A stretch of DNA of 64,000 nt, from the NCBI GenBank assembly GCA_038064515.1, contig JBBTSY010000004.1, forward strand, positions 96,585 through 160,584, written 5' to 3'. Every line of letters begins with the position of its first letter. Position 1 is the first letter of the stretch. This document shows positions 18,652 through 29,132 of this stretch, piece by piece. A program made the position numbers and the translations under genes. The DNA is from Patescibacteria group bacterium (lineage in GTDB: Bacteria; Patescibacteriota; Minisyncoccia; 2-02-FULL-40-12; GWA2-44-9). The notes under the pieces were generated by a model that saw only the letters and a list, made by a program, of their open reading frames with translations, did not search any database and was not told the DNA's origin.

Positions 18652-19971
18652 TCAAAGTTTTCGAAGCTTTGTGGCGAGATATATGAAAGAAGCGAGGTGC
18701 GAAACGGTATACCAAAGCGTAACCATCGCTACCGCTCCCCAGACATGAAATTCTCGGATGAGGATGATGCCCAGCGGTATTCCCGCTCCCAATGTGCAAA
18801 GATTAATAAGAATTGATGTTTTTACCCGATCAATCGCTCGCCACATCGGACCAAGCCCAACGCCAATGCCGAACAATGCTCCATATAGAAATAAGCCAAA
18901 TACATAGGGCACGCTGGGCATAAAAGCCTCGCCGTAGAGAATCTTAAACATAACGGGAGAGGCGATAATTGCTCCGGTTGTTATGAGAACTGATAAGCCC
19001 GTGGCATAGAGGGAAACACGGATAAAATGCGAGATTAATTTTTTCGAATTTTCGACCTGGATTTTCGGAAATTCGACATTTAGTAAAACAGAAATTGGCC
19101 CCAATAAACTCATGGCAAGACTAATATACCCGAATGAAAGTTTAAAATAAGTAACCTCCGTCGTTGTGATAAATAATCCCGCTAGAGCCACCGGTAATGA
19201 CATGTACAGCATGGCAATGTTTCGATCCAGAGAGACCCAAAGGCTTGGTTTTAATAATCGCCTCAAATTTGCTCTGCGCGCCGAATCCACGAGTATACTC
19301 AATGAAGGGATGAGCGCGTATCGCCGATGGAGATACATCCAAATTATTCCCGCGACGCATACGACAATCATAGCGCCAAACAAATGGCCGGCTACGGCGC
19401 CGAGAACCCCAAACCCTCCGATGACAAGCGCTAGCGAAAATCCATAGCGAACTGACTGGTCCGAAAGCGTTAGGAGCATCATGCCTCGAATATGTCCGGA
19501 GATTTGGAGCGCAAGCAACGTAAAAGAAAAAATCAGCGTCGAAATAACCGAAGCCGCCACAATAACCATCGCATAGAAACCAATATCAGTATTTCTATAA
19601 AACCGCCCTCCCGCCCACGGTAAAACCGTTGATACTACGAGCGTAAGAATAGCAGTCATTAAAATTAACTTCACCCAGAATGCCAAAATATGACCCACCT
19701 CTTCTTTATCACCCTGGAACCAGGCCCGACTGATAGCGGGAGTAATGGCATCCTGAATTCCGGTGCCGAGCAAAATGCTTGTCAGGCTGGCCAAGCTGAA
19801 TACCAATGCGTAGACACCAAATTGTTCAGGCTGAAGAAACCGAGCCAATAGAATACCGACAACAGCTTGGATCGCAGTCCCGAAAAAATTTCCTGCTTGG
19901 AGCGTAGCTACATTCCGGACAAATGAATGCTGGTAAAAATAAGTGATTTTTTCTTTTAAGGAAGGGGCCAT
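18652..19971 (-). CDS. Wzx-like oligosaccharide flippase (polysaccharide biosynthesis protein, MOP superfamily).
   Basis: 439 aa, about 12-14 TMs. N-terminus …NVATLQAGNFFGTAIQAVVGILLARFL. Confidence 0.55.
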   Translation of the reverse strand: MAPSLKEKITYFYQHSFVRNVATLQAGNFFGTAIQAVVGILLARFLQPEQFGVYALVFSLASLTSILLGTGIQDAITPAISRAWFQGDKEEVGHILAFWVKLILMTAILTLVVSTVLPWAGGRFYRNTDIGFYAMVIVAASVISTLIFSFTLLALQISGHIRGMMLLTLSDQSVRYGFSLALVIGGFGVLGAVAGHLFGAMIVVCVAGIIWMYLHRRYALIPSLSILVDSARRANLRRLLKPSLWVSLDRNIAMLYMSLPVALAGLFITTTEVTYFKLSFGYISLAMSLLGPISVLLNVEFPKIQVENSKKLISHFIRVSLYATGLSVLITTGAIIASPVMFKILYGEAFMPSVPYVFGLFLYGALFGIGVGLGPMWRAIDRVKTSILINLCTLGAGIPLGIILIREFHVWGAVAMVTLWYTVSHLASFIYLATKLRKL

Positions 19972-20035
19972 GTACCTATAGAGTAGCTGAAATTCTTTGA
20001 TTGTAAAAGCGGTTGTTTTGCGATAGAGTAGCCCA

Positions 20036-21325
20036 ATGATGGATCGGTATAAGGAAGCTCTGCGTCAGCTTCTGCTCCGCCTACAGCAGTATACGAAGAC
20101 GGATATGATCTACCTCGCTCGAGGCGGTTTTTGGTCAACAGCTCCTTTTATCTTTAGTTCCGTCCTATCGATAGCCCTCGTCTGGGCTTTCGCGAATCTC
20201 CTTCCGAAAGATATTTATGGAACTTATAAATTCGTCATGTCTCTTTCTGGATCACTTAGCTTTCTCACTCTTACAGGAATTAATATCGCAGTTACTCAAG
20301 CTGCGGCGCGAGGCTACGAAGGAGTACTCCCTTATGCCCTTAAAATCCAATTGCGCTGGAATGTCCTTTTTACGATAGCAATGTTCGGAGTAGCTGGCTA
20401 CTATTTTATCCATAATAATGCGCTCATCGGCACTGCCGTATGCATTCTAGCGGTAACATTCCCTTTGACCACTTCTTTTAATACCTACGGCGCTTATCTT
20501 TTCGGAAAAAAACAATTCCGACAGATTGCAGGATATCAAATTTTTACCAGTTTTTTTTATATAGCCGCTATGGTGAGTATTCTCGCTGTTACCGACAATC
20601 TTTTATTCATTATCACCGTCTATGCTCTTGGTAGCCTTACCCCTCTCCTCTTTTTCTATTACCGCACTCTGCAATTAAGTGGTGAGCAGAGTCAGTTTTT
20701 AGCCGAACAAAAAGCTCAATTTCTAAACTATCTCAAGCACCTTAGTGTGATGAATATTTTCTCCACGCTTTCGCAATATGTAGATAAAATTGTTGTATTC
20801 CATTATTTAGGAGCTGTAGAACTGGCCGTATACGGAATTGCTTTAGCGATACCCGAGCGTATCCGCGGATATTTTAAAACCCTCACCGCATTAGTGATGC
20901 CGAAAGTTTCCGGAAAAGAGATTATAGACCTCCGAAAAACCTTCTATATGCGCTTATCCCAAGCTTTTCTCCTTGGGCTCTTAATAAGCATTTCTTATAT
21001 TATAGCTACTCCGCACATATTTAAACTCCTGTTACCTGCATACCCCGAGTCAGTTCGGTATTCGCAAGTAATTGCTCTTGTTTTTATTTTTTTGCTCCCG
21101 GGGACCTACATCGCAGAAATATTCCGTGCCCATGCTATGATTCGCGCCCTATACCTCAGTAGCGTCATCGCGCATATATCGAGGATTATTCTTTTCATCG
21201 CATTTGGAATTATGTGGGGAGTGTGGGGGGTCATTATTGCCTCCCTTACTGTTACCTTCGTGGGACTCTTCTGGAATATTCTCCTATGGGAGATCGAATC
21301 TCGTCGTCGGATCGCTACCTTTTAG
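20036..21325 (+). CDS. Second Wzx-like flippase / polysaccharide biosynthesis membrane protein.
   Basis: 429 aa multi-TM with a MOP-flippase-like layout, divergent from the previous gene. Confidence 0.5.
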   Translation: MMDRYKEALRQLLLRLQQYTKTDMIYLARGGFWSTAPFIFSSVLSIALVWAFANLLPKDIYGTYKFVMSLSGSLSFLTLTGINIAVTQAAARGYEGVLPYALKIQLRWNVLFTIAMFGVAGYYFIHNNALIGTAVCILAVTFPLTTSFNTYGAYLFGKKQFRQIAGYQIFTSFFYIAAMVSILAVTDNLLFIITVYALGSLTPLLFFYYRTLQLSGEQSQFLAEQKAQFLNYLKHLSVMNIFSTLSQYVDKIVVFHYLGAVELAVYGIALAIPERIRGYFKTLTALVMPKVSGKEIIDLRKTFYMRLSQAFLLGLLISISYIIATPHIFKLLLPAYPESVRYSQVIALVFIFLLPGTYIAEIFRAHAMIRALYLSSVIAHISRIILFIAFGIMWGVWGVIIASLTVTFVGLFWNILLWEIESRRRIATF

Positions 21326-22058
21326 GAATGAAAACAAAGAGTCCTTGAGCCGCAAGAGATGGCTGTATTCTCTTTAAGAATGGGATACCTTGGTATGCAA
21401 TAAGTTGATAGTTTTGATAATTTAATTGCGAGAGCCACCATCGCATATCCCTTAAAGTCCAAAAACGGACATGTTCAGAAGGATGAGCGCGCCATTGAAG
21501 CGGAAACTTTCCAAAGAGTAACCGCAACCGATGGGAAATAAAACCGGTGTTGGGCACCGAAAAAAAGACGCCTTTGCGGGCATTGCTGAAAGCCCAATTC
21601 AAGAGATCTTCTGAAGATGGGGTATGTTCGATTACTTCGAACAGAAAGATATAATCTACTGGGGGTAACAATTGCCGCTCGGCAAGCATAGAGATATCCG
21701 CATGGATTCCATTAATTCCATTCTCGCGGATCATGCGAAGGGCATCGTCAGAAATATCGACACCGATTAGATAACGCATCGGCTTCCGTTTATTAATGTC
21801 CAGTAGCACGGCGCCATTACCAGCACCGATATCCATTATTGAACTGCCTGCTTCCAAGTAACGCAAGGCGAGATTCGCTCGATCTTGTTGAAACTCATTT
21901 AAGCTTTTAGCCGATAACTTTCGTTCATGCCAATAGCGATTATATTTGGTATCATGCTCCCGAAGGGTCGGGTAGATGAACAGCGAAACCCAGAGCTGTT
22001 TGACCCAGTATAGTTTATCTTTAATTTTTTTGATGATTGACATGACTATTTTGAGCAA
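21315..22058 (-). CDS. Class I SAM-dependent methyltransferase.
   Basis: Motif I IMDIGAGNGAVLLDI. Confidence 0.6.
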   Translation of the reverse strand: MLKIVMSIIKKIKDKLYWVKQLWVSLFIYPTLREHDTKYNRYWHERKLSAKSLNEFQQDRANLALRYLEAGSSIMDIGAGNGAVLLDINKRKPMRYLIGVDISDDALRMIRENGINGIHADISMLAERQLLPPVDYIFLFEVIEHTPSSEDLLNWAFSNARKGVFFSVPNTGFISHRLRLLFGKFPLQWRAHPSEHVRFWTLRDMRWWLSQLNYQNYQLIAYQGIPFLKRIQPSLAAQGLFVFIPKR

Positions 22059-22941
22059 TTATGAATATATGATCCTGGCGCCCAAGGAGTGTAATGCCGG
22101 CAATAAGAATCCCTTTCAGGAGCTTCCGCAGAATACTCTCTGGAGTTGTCTTATCCGTGCTCAAAGTATGTGATTTCATGACGAGCCGCTTGCGTTTCAA
22201 ACTGGGACCCCAAAAATAGTGTAAAAGCTTCCGAATATTTAAATCATTGAGTTCGTAGTTTCGCTTACGTATACATATAATTGAAAATCCGAGTTGCGTA
22301 AGCATTGAAGATATCCCTTGGTCAGAGAAGTAAAAAAGATGTTCCAGGGCAATAAACTTCCAGGCTGGCCCGTCTTTGCGGGCAAGGTAGCTATTGAAGT
22401 TCGGCACTTCAATGCATAATAACCCGTTGGTGTTGAGACGGTGACGAATCTCGTGAAGCAATGCTATGGGATTAGAAATATGCTCAAGAACATGGAAGAT
22501 CGTAATCACATCAAAAGTTTTCCCTTCCGACAGGTTCTGAAGAGTGCCTTGGACAACCGAGATTCCCCGCTCCTGTGCCCAAGCAACAGCAGATGTGTTC
22601 AGCTCAATCCCAAGGGCATCGAAGCCGGATAACTGCGCCTCTCGGACAAAGAACCCCGTATGGGCGCCTATATCCAAAAGTGTTTTGTGCCAGGGTTGCA
22701 CATGATGCCGGATAATCTTTAGAATTTCTCGGGCATTATCGCGGATATTTTTCAGACGATAGGGCTGCAAAAGCACGCCGGCATAATTTTCCGCTCTCTG
22801 ATAATATGATTCCGGCTGATACGGAATAATTTCCGGAGTCAAAAACCCCGTCAAACACTTTCGACACTGGAGGATTTCAGGCATTTCCGAAAAAGCTGGT
22901 TTTATCACATTGCTTCCGCAGATTTTACAGATCGTACTCAT
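22021..22941 (-). CDS. SAM-dependent methyltransferase with an N-terminal Cys4 zinc-ribbon.
   Basis: CKICGSN…CRKC, then LLDIGAHTGFFV motif I. Confidence 0.6.
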   Translation of the reverse strand: MSTICKICGSNVIKPAFSEMPEILQCRKCLTGFLTPEIIPYQPESYYQRAENYAGVLLQPYRLKNIRDNAREILKIIRHHVQPWHKTLLDIGAHTGFFVREAQLSGFDALGIELNTSAVAWAQERGISVVQGTLQNLSEGKTFDVITIFHVLEHISNPIALLHEIRHRLNTNGLLCIEVPNFNSYLARKDGPAWKFIALEHLFYFSDQGISSMLTQLGFSIICIRKRNYELNDLNIRKLLHYFWGPSLKRKRLVMKSHTLSTDKTTPESILRKLLKGILIAGITLLGRQDHIFIIAQNSHVNHQKN

Positions 22942-23882
22942 CGATAAGCAATCATGAGAGACATTTCTTTTCGGAACGCAACGACCGGATGAGCAAAGAT
23001 GCGGTTTGTCGGCTCAAGAATAAACTTGTGATTAAAGCGTGGTCCAGGAAGTATTGGATTTATGATTCGCTGTAGAGTAATCGGTAGAACCGCAAGAACA
23101 TTCTTTACCAGATGCGCCACACCGGATCCAACTGGCCGATCAAGGTATGCGTAGTAAAACTGGGAGAAGCCGGCACGCTCAAACGCTGCTCTCCAATCCT
23201 TGAGCCGATACTCGCGCTCGCCGTTCATGCGCCGCGTCAGCGGTTGATCAGGAGGTAAACCGAACTGCCGTTTGTAGTCCGCCGGATACTCGATATCAAG
23301 AAGTTCATTCAGGCCCTCCTGGGTATATCGATCTGGTCGTGCTTTATCAAGACAGAGCACAAAACCTCCTGGCTTGAGAACACGACCTAACTCTTTGAGC
23401 GTCACGTCAATATTTGATGAATGGTGTAACGAAAAAAAATCAAAAACAAAATCAACTGAGGCATCCGCCAATTGGATATCATCGAAACTACCGATTGCAC
23501 CGATAACTTTATCAGTATGATCGCCAAGAACATGACTGATAATTTTTGGCGCTAAATACTCGACAATCGGTTGGCAAATCTCAACACCATATATTTTCTC
23601 TACCGCTGGTCGGCGAGCAAGAATCGAACTGAACGTCAGAGAACCGGCTCCAACCTCGAGACCAATACCCTCAAGCAATTTCTTTAAGAAGTGCCGCTCT
23701 ATGTACGTAAAAAGTTCCTCGATGTCTTTAACCGTAATGTTGGGCACAACTCCATCAAACGTCAGCTCCCGGATGATGCTCATAGGCTCACTGTTTTTTA
23801 GATTTAAAGCAAACTTTGTCCGGTAGTTCTGTTCCGCTTCGCGCTTTAATTCAGGATCAATTGGCCAGTGTTCAATCTGCAT
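22938..23882 (-). CDS. SAM-dependent methyltransferase.
   Basis: GLEVGAGSLTFSSIL motif I and a …VLKPGGFVL motif. Confidence 0.55.
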   Translation of the reverse strand: MQIEHWPIDPELKREAEQNYRTKFALNLKNSEPMSIIRELTFDGVVPNITVKDIEELFTYIERHFLKKLLEGIGLEVGAGSLTFSSILARRPAVEKIYGVEICQPIVEYLAPKIISHVLGDHTDKVIGAIGSFDDIQLADASVDFVFDFFSLHHSSNIDVTLKELGRVLKPGGFVLCLDKARPDRYTQEGLNELLDIEYPADYKRQFGLPPDQPLTRRMNGEREYRLKDWRAAFERAGFSQFYYAYLDRPVGSGVAHLVKNVLAVLPITLQRIINPILPGPRFNHKFILEPTNRIFAHPVVAFRKEMSLMIAYR

Positions 23883-23993
23883 AGCTCAATACTACACATT
23901 TTAAATAATTATTCAAAAGAAAACGGCTTGATGTCATCGCACCGTTTTCGTATATCTCCAAATCGCTACTGGAAGGTAGGTTTAATAAGAAAG

Positions 23994-25007
23994 CTATACT
24001 TTTCGCAATTTTTCCCGAATGGGAATTTCTGAAGGCAATACCCGTTTTATGCCGTCCCCGTGAGCTTTTTCCATAATTCGTACGTCACGAATGAGTTGAG
24101 CAAATTCTTGTGGCTCAAGACTCGCCGATTGATCGGTGCCAAACATCTTTTTATCGAGCGTGATATGTCGCTCGATCATGTGTGCACCGACATTTGCGGC
24201 AGCCAGCGTCGGAATTAATCCCTTTTCGTGGCCGCTATACCCGATAGGAACCGTTGGAAATTCCTGTCGCATTTTTGTAATAACTCGAATGTTTAATTCG
24301 CTGTCTTCGGAGGGATAAGTTGAAACTGTGTGTAAGAGGATGAGGTTTTGAGTCCCTAAGACTTCTACGGCCTTTGAAACTTCTCCGCTAGTGCTCATGC
24401 CGGTTGACAAGATAACAGGTTTACCCGTTGCACGTGCTTTGCGAAGAAGATCATGATCGGTAAGATTCGCGGACGCAATTTTGCAGCAAGGCACGTTGAG
24501 CCGTTCAAGAACATCAACACTCTCCAAATCCCACGGAGAAGCAAATGCAAGCAATCCTTTCGATTTTGCATAATCAAACAAACCGCGATACTCAGCCTCC
24601 GTAAACTCAAGTGCCCATTTTAAGTCGCCGTTGGTACTGTCTTTAAAATCAGATTTCTGAAGACGTACTACGGCCTCCGGCGACAATACGCCACGATTTA
24701 TAGCATTCTCGAGTACTGTTCGATCTACAGCACGCGGCTTGGCGAGTTCTTCTGGCAAATATACGACTGGCACCGTGCGCTTTTGAAATTTTACCGCTTG
24801 AGCTCCGGCTTCAGATGCGGCATCAATGAGTCTCTTCGCAATCTCAATGCTCCCATTGTGATTGATCCCGATTTCTGCGACAAAAAAACAAGGGCGACTT
24901 CTCCCAATCGGAATGCTGGCGATAAAGACATCTTGAGTTGTTGGGGCGGGCCTCCCCAGGATAAACCGTACAAGTCGAGCCCCAAAATTTCTTGGTATCT
25001 TGATCAT
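23994..25007 (-). CDS. NeuB-family nonulosonic-acid (sialic / legionaminic / pseudaminic / Kdn-type) synthase, TIM-barrel part only. There is no obvious C-terminal antifreeze-like (SAF) domain.
   Basis: CFFVAEIGINHNGSIEIAKRLIDAASEAGAQAVKFQKR, …ASPWDLESVDVLERLNVPCCKIAS…, …PIGYSGHEKG…. Confidence 0.75.
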   Translation of the reverse strand: MIKIPRNFGARLVRFILGRPAPTTQDVFIASIPIGRSRPCFFVAEIGINHNGSIEIAKRLIDAASEAGAQAVKFQKRTVPVVYLPEELAKPRAVDRTVLENAINRGVLSPEAVVRLQKSDFKDSTNGDLKWALEFTEAEYRGLFDYAKSKGLLAFASPWDLESVDVLERLNVPCCKIASANLTDHDLLRKARATGKPVILSTGMSTSGEVSKAVEVLGTQNLILLHTVSTYPSEDSELNIRVITKMRQEFPTVPIGYSGHEKGLIPTLAAANVGAHMIERHITLDKKMFGTDQSASLEPQEFAQLIRDVRIMEKAHGDGIKRVLPSEIPIREKLRKV

Positions 25008-25028
25008 TTTTCAATTATAATATACCAA

Positions 25029-25907
25029 CTATATGACTGTCCAGCCACCATCCACCAGTAGATTGTGCCCCGTTACATAACTAGAAGCATCGGAAGCTAA
25101 GAAGATCAGGGGCCCAACAAGTTCATGTACTTTCCCACAGCGACTAAGCACCATCTTTTTTGCGAGACTGGGTAAGAACCCATCATCATATTCCTTCCCC
25201 GCCTTATGATGTCCTTCTTTCAGATTCGGAATAGCACCAGGTGAGAGCGCGTTAACTCGAACCGGAGCCAAAAAAGAGGCGCTGTAGCGAGTCCAGTGTA
25301 GGAGTCCCGCTTTTACGACACTGTACGCAGGTGGATTTATAGAGTGTTTGAATCCTTCATAGGTGGTAGGGCTTGGAGCTATCACACCTAATGAAGAGGT
25401 GATATTGATAATTGATCCTCCGCCTCGCTCTTTCATGGCAAGGCCAAATTTCTTTGTCGATTGAACTGCCCACCAGATTCCAGCCTCAAATGCATTCCTG
25501 AATTCGTCATGAGTAGCACTTTTGATTGTCTCGCGTCTCCTAAGATAAAAACCTGTTTGAGAACCAAACACAAACGCATTATTGATAAGAATATCAACCT
25601 GGTGTTCCTTGAGAATTTTAGTGTAGACCTTATCTGTCGCTTTCTCATCAAAGAGATTAACTTCATGCCAAAAAGTTCTGCCCGGGTATTCTCCCTTAAA
25701 CGAATCCCGTACCTCATAACCAACCTCTGGTTTTTCGATAACAATTACTCTTGCTCCAGAGTCCAAAAGCCCGCGCACAAACTCTTTGCCAAAGTATCCC
25801 GCTCCACCCGTAATGAGAGCAGTTTTCCCAGCCAAAGAGAAAAGGGACGGCCCTGCATTTTGCACCTTATGAGTACGTGTTTTATTTTTTCTCATCTTTC
25901 TCTTCAT
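25029..25907 (-). CDS. Short-chain dehydrogenase/reductase (SDR) family oxidoreductase.
   Basis: TALITGGAGYFGKEF Rossmann motif. Confidence 0.65.
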   Translation of the reverse strand: MKRKMRKNKTRTHKVQNAGPSLFSLAGKTALITGGAGYFGKEFVRGLLDSGARVIVIEKPEVGYEVRDSFKGEYPGRTFWHEVNLFDEKATDKVYTKILKEHQVDILINNAFVFGSQTGFYLRRRETIKSATHDEFRNAFEAGIWWAVQSTKKFGLAMKERGGGSIINITSSLGVIAPSPTTYEGFKHSINPPAYSVVKAGLLHWTRYSASFLAPVRVNALSPGAIPNLKEGHHKAGKEYDDGFLPSLAKKMVLSRCGKVHELVGPLIFLASDASSYVTGHNLLVDGGWTVI

Positions 25908-25919
25908 AATATCCGTTTA

Positions 25920-26507
25920 TTATCGAATCTTATTCTGACTAGCTTTGGCTCGAACAATCAAGTCACAGACTTCCCGAACCGCTCCATCCCCACCTTTCTG
26001 TCTGGTAACATAGTCGGCTACTTTTTTTGCTTCTGTAGCACCGTCAGCCACACAAGCCGAGACACCGACAATTTTCATAATATCAACATCATTCGTACTG
26101 TCACCGACAAAACATATATCTTTTAAATTCGTTTTAGGGCAATTCTCTTTCAGCCATTCTTTTAGTCCAGCAACTTTATCTTTGTTTTGGACCAAAGGTA
26201 CACCTAATTTCCAAGCCCGAGCCTGAACATAACCACTTCGTTGCGTAGTTAAAATAAGAACTGAAATTCCCTCTTTTCGCACCAGGTCTATACCTTGCCC
26301 GTCTTGATGGGAAAATCTTGCGGACTCAAAAACATAAACAAAATCACGGCCGGTGTGTTGGCTAGCTACTTCCTTGGTCATAATCACGCCCGTATCAAGA
26401 TATAGGGGAGTTAAAACTCCATCACAATCAAGGGCAAGAACCCTAATTTGCTTGAATTTTTGAAGTAATTTTGCAGAAATATTCATATACTCCTGTACCC
26501 CTGTCAC
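25920..26507 (-). CDS. KdsC/YrbI-family HAD phosphatase; candidate nonulosonate-9-phosphate (or Kdo-8-P-like) phosphatase.
   Basis: VLALDCDGVLTP (HAD motif I). Length and layout are KdsC-like. Confidence 0.65.
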   Translation of the reverse strand: MTGVQEYMNISAKLLQKFKQIRVLALDCDGVLTPLYLDTGVIMTKEVASQHTGRDFVYVFESARFSHQDGQGIDLVRKEGISVLILTTQRSGYVQARAWKLGVPLVQNKDKVAGLKEWLKENCPKTNLKDICFVGDSTNDVDIMKIVGVSACVADGATEAKKVADYVTRQKGGDGAVREVCDLIVRAKASQNKIR

Positions 26508-26553
26508 TGTATCAAGATTCCCAAAGAATGTGAATACTTAGTATAGTCACGAA

Positions 26554-26582
26554 TTGACAAAAGTCAAGTTTTCCGGTACATT
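26554..26582 (+). promoter_or_regulatory. Candidate sigma70-type promoter, TTGACA-17 nt-TACATT, upstream of the radical-SAM gene. An AAGGAG Shine-Dalgarno lies 6 nt before its ATG.
   Basis: Hexamers and spacing read directly from the sequence. Confidence 0.35.
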
Positions 26583-26660
26583 ATCCGGTGTGAACATTGA
26601 CAACAGAGATCCACAAACTTCATACGGCGTACTGCGCAATCTAACAGAAAAGGAGACCAC

Positions 26661-28403
26661 ATGGGTATCGCACTGCCCGTTCGTGACACTGCAACGGGTG
26701 CCCATGTGCACCCTGCAGACGTGATCAAGGGCATCACCTATCGCGACCTGAAAGGCGCTCGGGTGGTGTTCATCAATATGCCCCTGCGAGAGACAGCTCG
26801 ACCAAACACCACGCCAGAAGGCCCGTTGCTCATGGCAACCAACCTCCGACGAAACTGCGGCGTTGATGCCACCATCGTAGATCTTAACGCGTACCGCATC
26901 TGCGACGAGGTTGCCACGACGCGTGGCCTGAAGTGGGGTCGCCACCTGACACACGCGGAAACGTTTGGGCTCATCCAGCGCCACATTCGCCACCACGGCG
27001 AGCCTGATGTAGTCGCTCTGTCTGGCAAGATTACCACTCTAAAGTGGCAGGAAGAGATCGTGAGAATTATCCGGCGACTCTTGCCCAACGTGTTTCTGGT
27101 ATCCGGCGGCGGGCTGGCAACCGAACTGAAGACAGGGTTGTTCAGCTACATCCCAGGGTTAGACGGCGTTGCGCATTCCGAAGGCGACGATGTGATCATC
27201 AAGATCGTCTATGACGGTTTAACCATCAAGCGATACGGCATCGAATCGGCGCTGAACAGCGGGAAGCTCCAGCCGTATTACATCAGTAAGATCAACGGCC
27301 GGCACCGTTTCCTGTATGCGGGCGATCGGCCGCATAACCTGAATGCGTTACCTCACGCTGATCTGGAACTTCTGCGCGAGGACGTAGACGGCAACCCCAT
27401 CCTGGATTGGTATTTGAATGTACCGGCCTGGAGCGCCACAGCCAACAATTCGTCGGCCGCTCCATGGAGAGATGAGGATGTCGTGCCTAAGACGACATCA
27501 GTCTCCAGCCGCGGATGTCCATACCATTGCTTCTACTGCTTCCGCAAGACGCAGGGCGAACAACTGTGGGGAGTGCGTTCGGCAGAGCACATCATGCGAG
27601 AGCTTCATGAGCACATTGAGCGCTATGGCATCAAGTTTCATGGTTTCCCCGATGACAACTTTGCGGTAACTCTGGGCAGGATCAAGGATTTGAACAGCTT
27701 GGTTGCCTGGGGAACCCACACCCGTCTGGATGAAGTCGCGGGCCTGAACAAGATCACCAAAGGCACCGCCGAGGTCATGGCCAAGGCCGGCTGCAAGTAT
27801 ATTGGCTTCGGCCCCGAGAGCGCAAGCGCAAAAGTCCTGGAGGCAATCGGTAAGGGCGGCCACACGTTGAGCAACGGCTTCACTGCCGTTACCGTGGATG
27901 GTCAACCGCACGAGTTCCCGCGCTCCATGATCTTGGGCATCCAGAATGCTGCCCGCGTGGGTATCCACGGCAACTGCACCTGGATCGTCGGCTCACCTAC
28001 CGAAACGCTCCAAGACGTCAAGGAGAGCGTGCTGTTCATGCTCTGGCAGACGGAGTTCTACGCCCGGTTCGGCGCCAGCTCGAAATCGGTCAATACTCGG
28101 ATGTTCACCATGACCTGGTACCCAGGCGTCACCCTGATCAACCATCCCAAGGTCCGTTCGGAGCTCGCGCGCATCTTCGGCCTGACGTTCCAAGAGCTTC
28201 TGGTTAAAATTCCGGGTAAGGAACACTGGGAGCCGATCATAGATGAGAACTTCTACCGATATCTGCGCGAGCTGGACGATGCCACCAAGGTACTGGAGAA
28301 GAACGGTGAACCCCTCAACTTCGGCAACATGCCAACTGACACGTTCCTCAAAGTCCGCGAGCTGATCGACTCCGACCGCACACTGGACATCCTTTCGCTG
28401 TAA
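26661..28403 (+). CDS. B12-binding radical-SAM enzyme (class B radical SAM, probable C-methyltransferase type). It lies in a GC-rich island.
   Basis: N-terminal cobalamin-binding-like domain. SRGCPYHCFYCF has the CxxxCxxC motif. GC content is strikingly higher than the surrounding genes. Confidence 0.7.
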   Translation: MGIALPVRDTATGAHVHPADVIKGITYRDLKGARVVFINMPLRETARPNTTPEGPLLMATNLRRNCGVDATIVDLNAYRICDEVATTRGLKWGRHLTHAETFGLIQRHIRHHGEPDVVALSGKITTLKWQEEIVRIIRRLLPNVFLVSGGGLATELKTGLFSYIPGLDGVAHSEGDDVIIKIVYDGLTIKRYGIESALNSGKLQPYYISKINGRHRFLYAGDRPHNLNALPHADLELLREDVDGNPILDWYLNVPAWSATANNSSAAPWRDEDVVPKTTSVSSRGCPYHCFYCFRKTQGEQLWGVRSAEHIMRELHEHIERYGIKFHGFPDDNFAVTLGRIKDLNSLVAWGTHTRLDEVAGLNKITKGTAEVMAKAGCKYIGFGPESASAKVLEAIGKGGHTLSNGFTAVTVDGQPHEFPRSMILGIQNAARVGIHGNCTWIVGSPTETLQDVKESVLFMLWQTEFYARFGASSKSVNTRMFTMTWYPGVTLINHPKVRSELARIFGLTFQELLVKIPGKEHWEPIIDENFYRYLRELDDATKVLEKNGEPLNFGNMPTDTFLKVRELIDSDRTLDILSL

Positions 28404-28427
28404 CCAGTCCCCCTCGTTCCCACCCCC

Positions 28428-28458
28428 GCCCGCCGGCACACCACCGGCGGGCTTTTTT
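28428..28458 (+). terminator. Rho-independent terminator, gcccgccgg-cacacca-ccggcgggc followed by TTTTTT. Can act bidirectionally for the convergent gene pair.
   Basis: 9-bp GC stem plus T-tract, 25 nt after the stop codon. Confidence 0.7.
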
Positions 28459-29083
28459 ATTCAAAAGTAAGCTTGAGCGGATCGATGCCCTTGGCTTCAA
28501 GGATAAAGTTGGCGAGGTCGCGAAATGCTCCAGAACCACCTTCGCGCTCAGAAACAAAGTGAGCAATATTGCGAATAACCTTTTCTGCCTGCGCGGGTGC
28601 CGCACGGAGCGCAACTTTTTGGAGTAACGGCACATCCAAAATGTCATCAGCCATGTACGCACACACATCAAACGATTTACCAATGGTCTTGAGCCACTCT
28701 TCAGCCGTATGAACTTTTTTCACACCCCCCACACCCATGTAAAGCGTCACTGGCCTCCAGCCGGGGCCCATCTTCTTACTCCGGGAAGAGGGGGATGAGT
28801 TCCATTTTTTCACCATATCAATGATCGAACGAGCTCGAGGGCCATGCTCATTCGTAATCAAGCAAATAGGAATACCGATACTGCGAAGTAAATGAAGTCC
28901 TTGTCCATCATAGTAACTACGGAATTTGGGCTTGTACGGCGTGCCCTCAAGGACACGATTGTCGTTGAAAACTCCATCAACATTAGAAATTACCACCTCA
29001 ATACGCCCGGCCAAGGCGTAGAGTTCTTTATTACTAATACTTTTTATCTTCATATTCTTTTTCATAGTACCTAATGTAGACAA
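28457..29083 (-). CDS. Second KdsC-like HAD phosphatase.
   Basis: VVISNVDGVFND motif I, …CLITNEHGP…. Confidence 0.55.
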   Translation of the reverse strand: MSTLGTMKKNMKIKSISNKELYALAGRIEVVISNVDGVFNDNRVLEGTPYKPKFRSYYDGQGLHLLRSIGIPICLITNEHGPRARSIIDMVKKWNSSPSSRSKKMGPGWRPVTLYMGVGGVKKVHTAEEWLKTIGKSFDVCAYMADDILDVPLLQKVALRAAPAQAEKVIRNIAHFVSEREGGSGAFRDLANFILEAKGIDPLKLTFE

Positions 29084-29132
29084 TTATTGAAACGGCCGGG
29101 TCATACGGACCCGGCCAGACCCTTGAGTTGGG

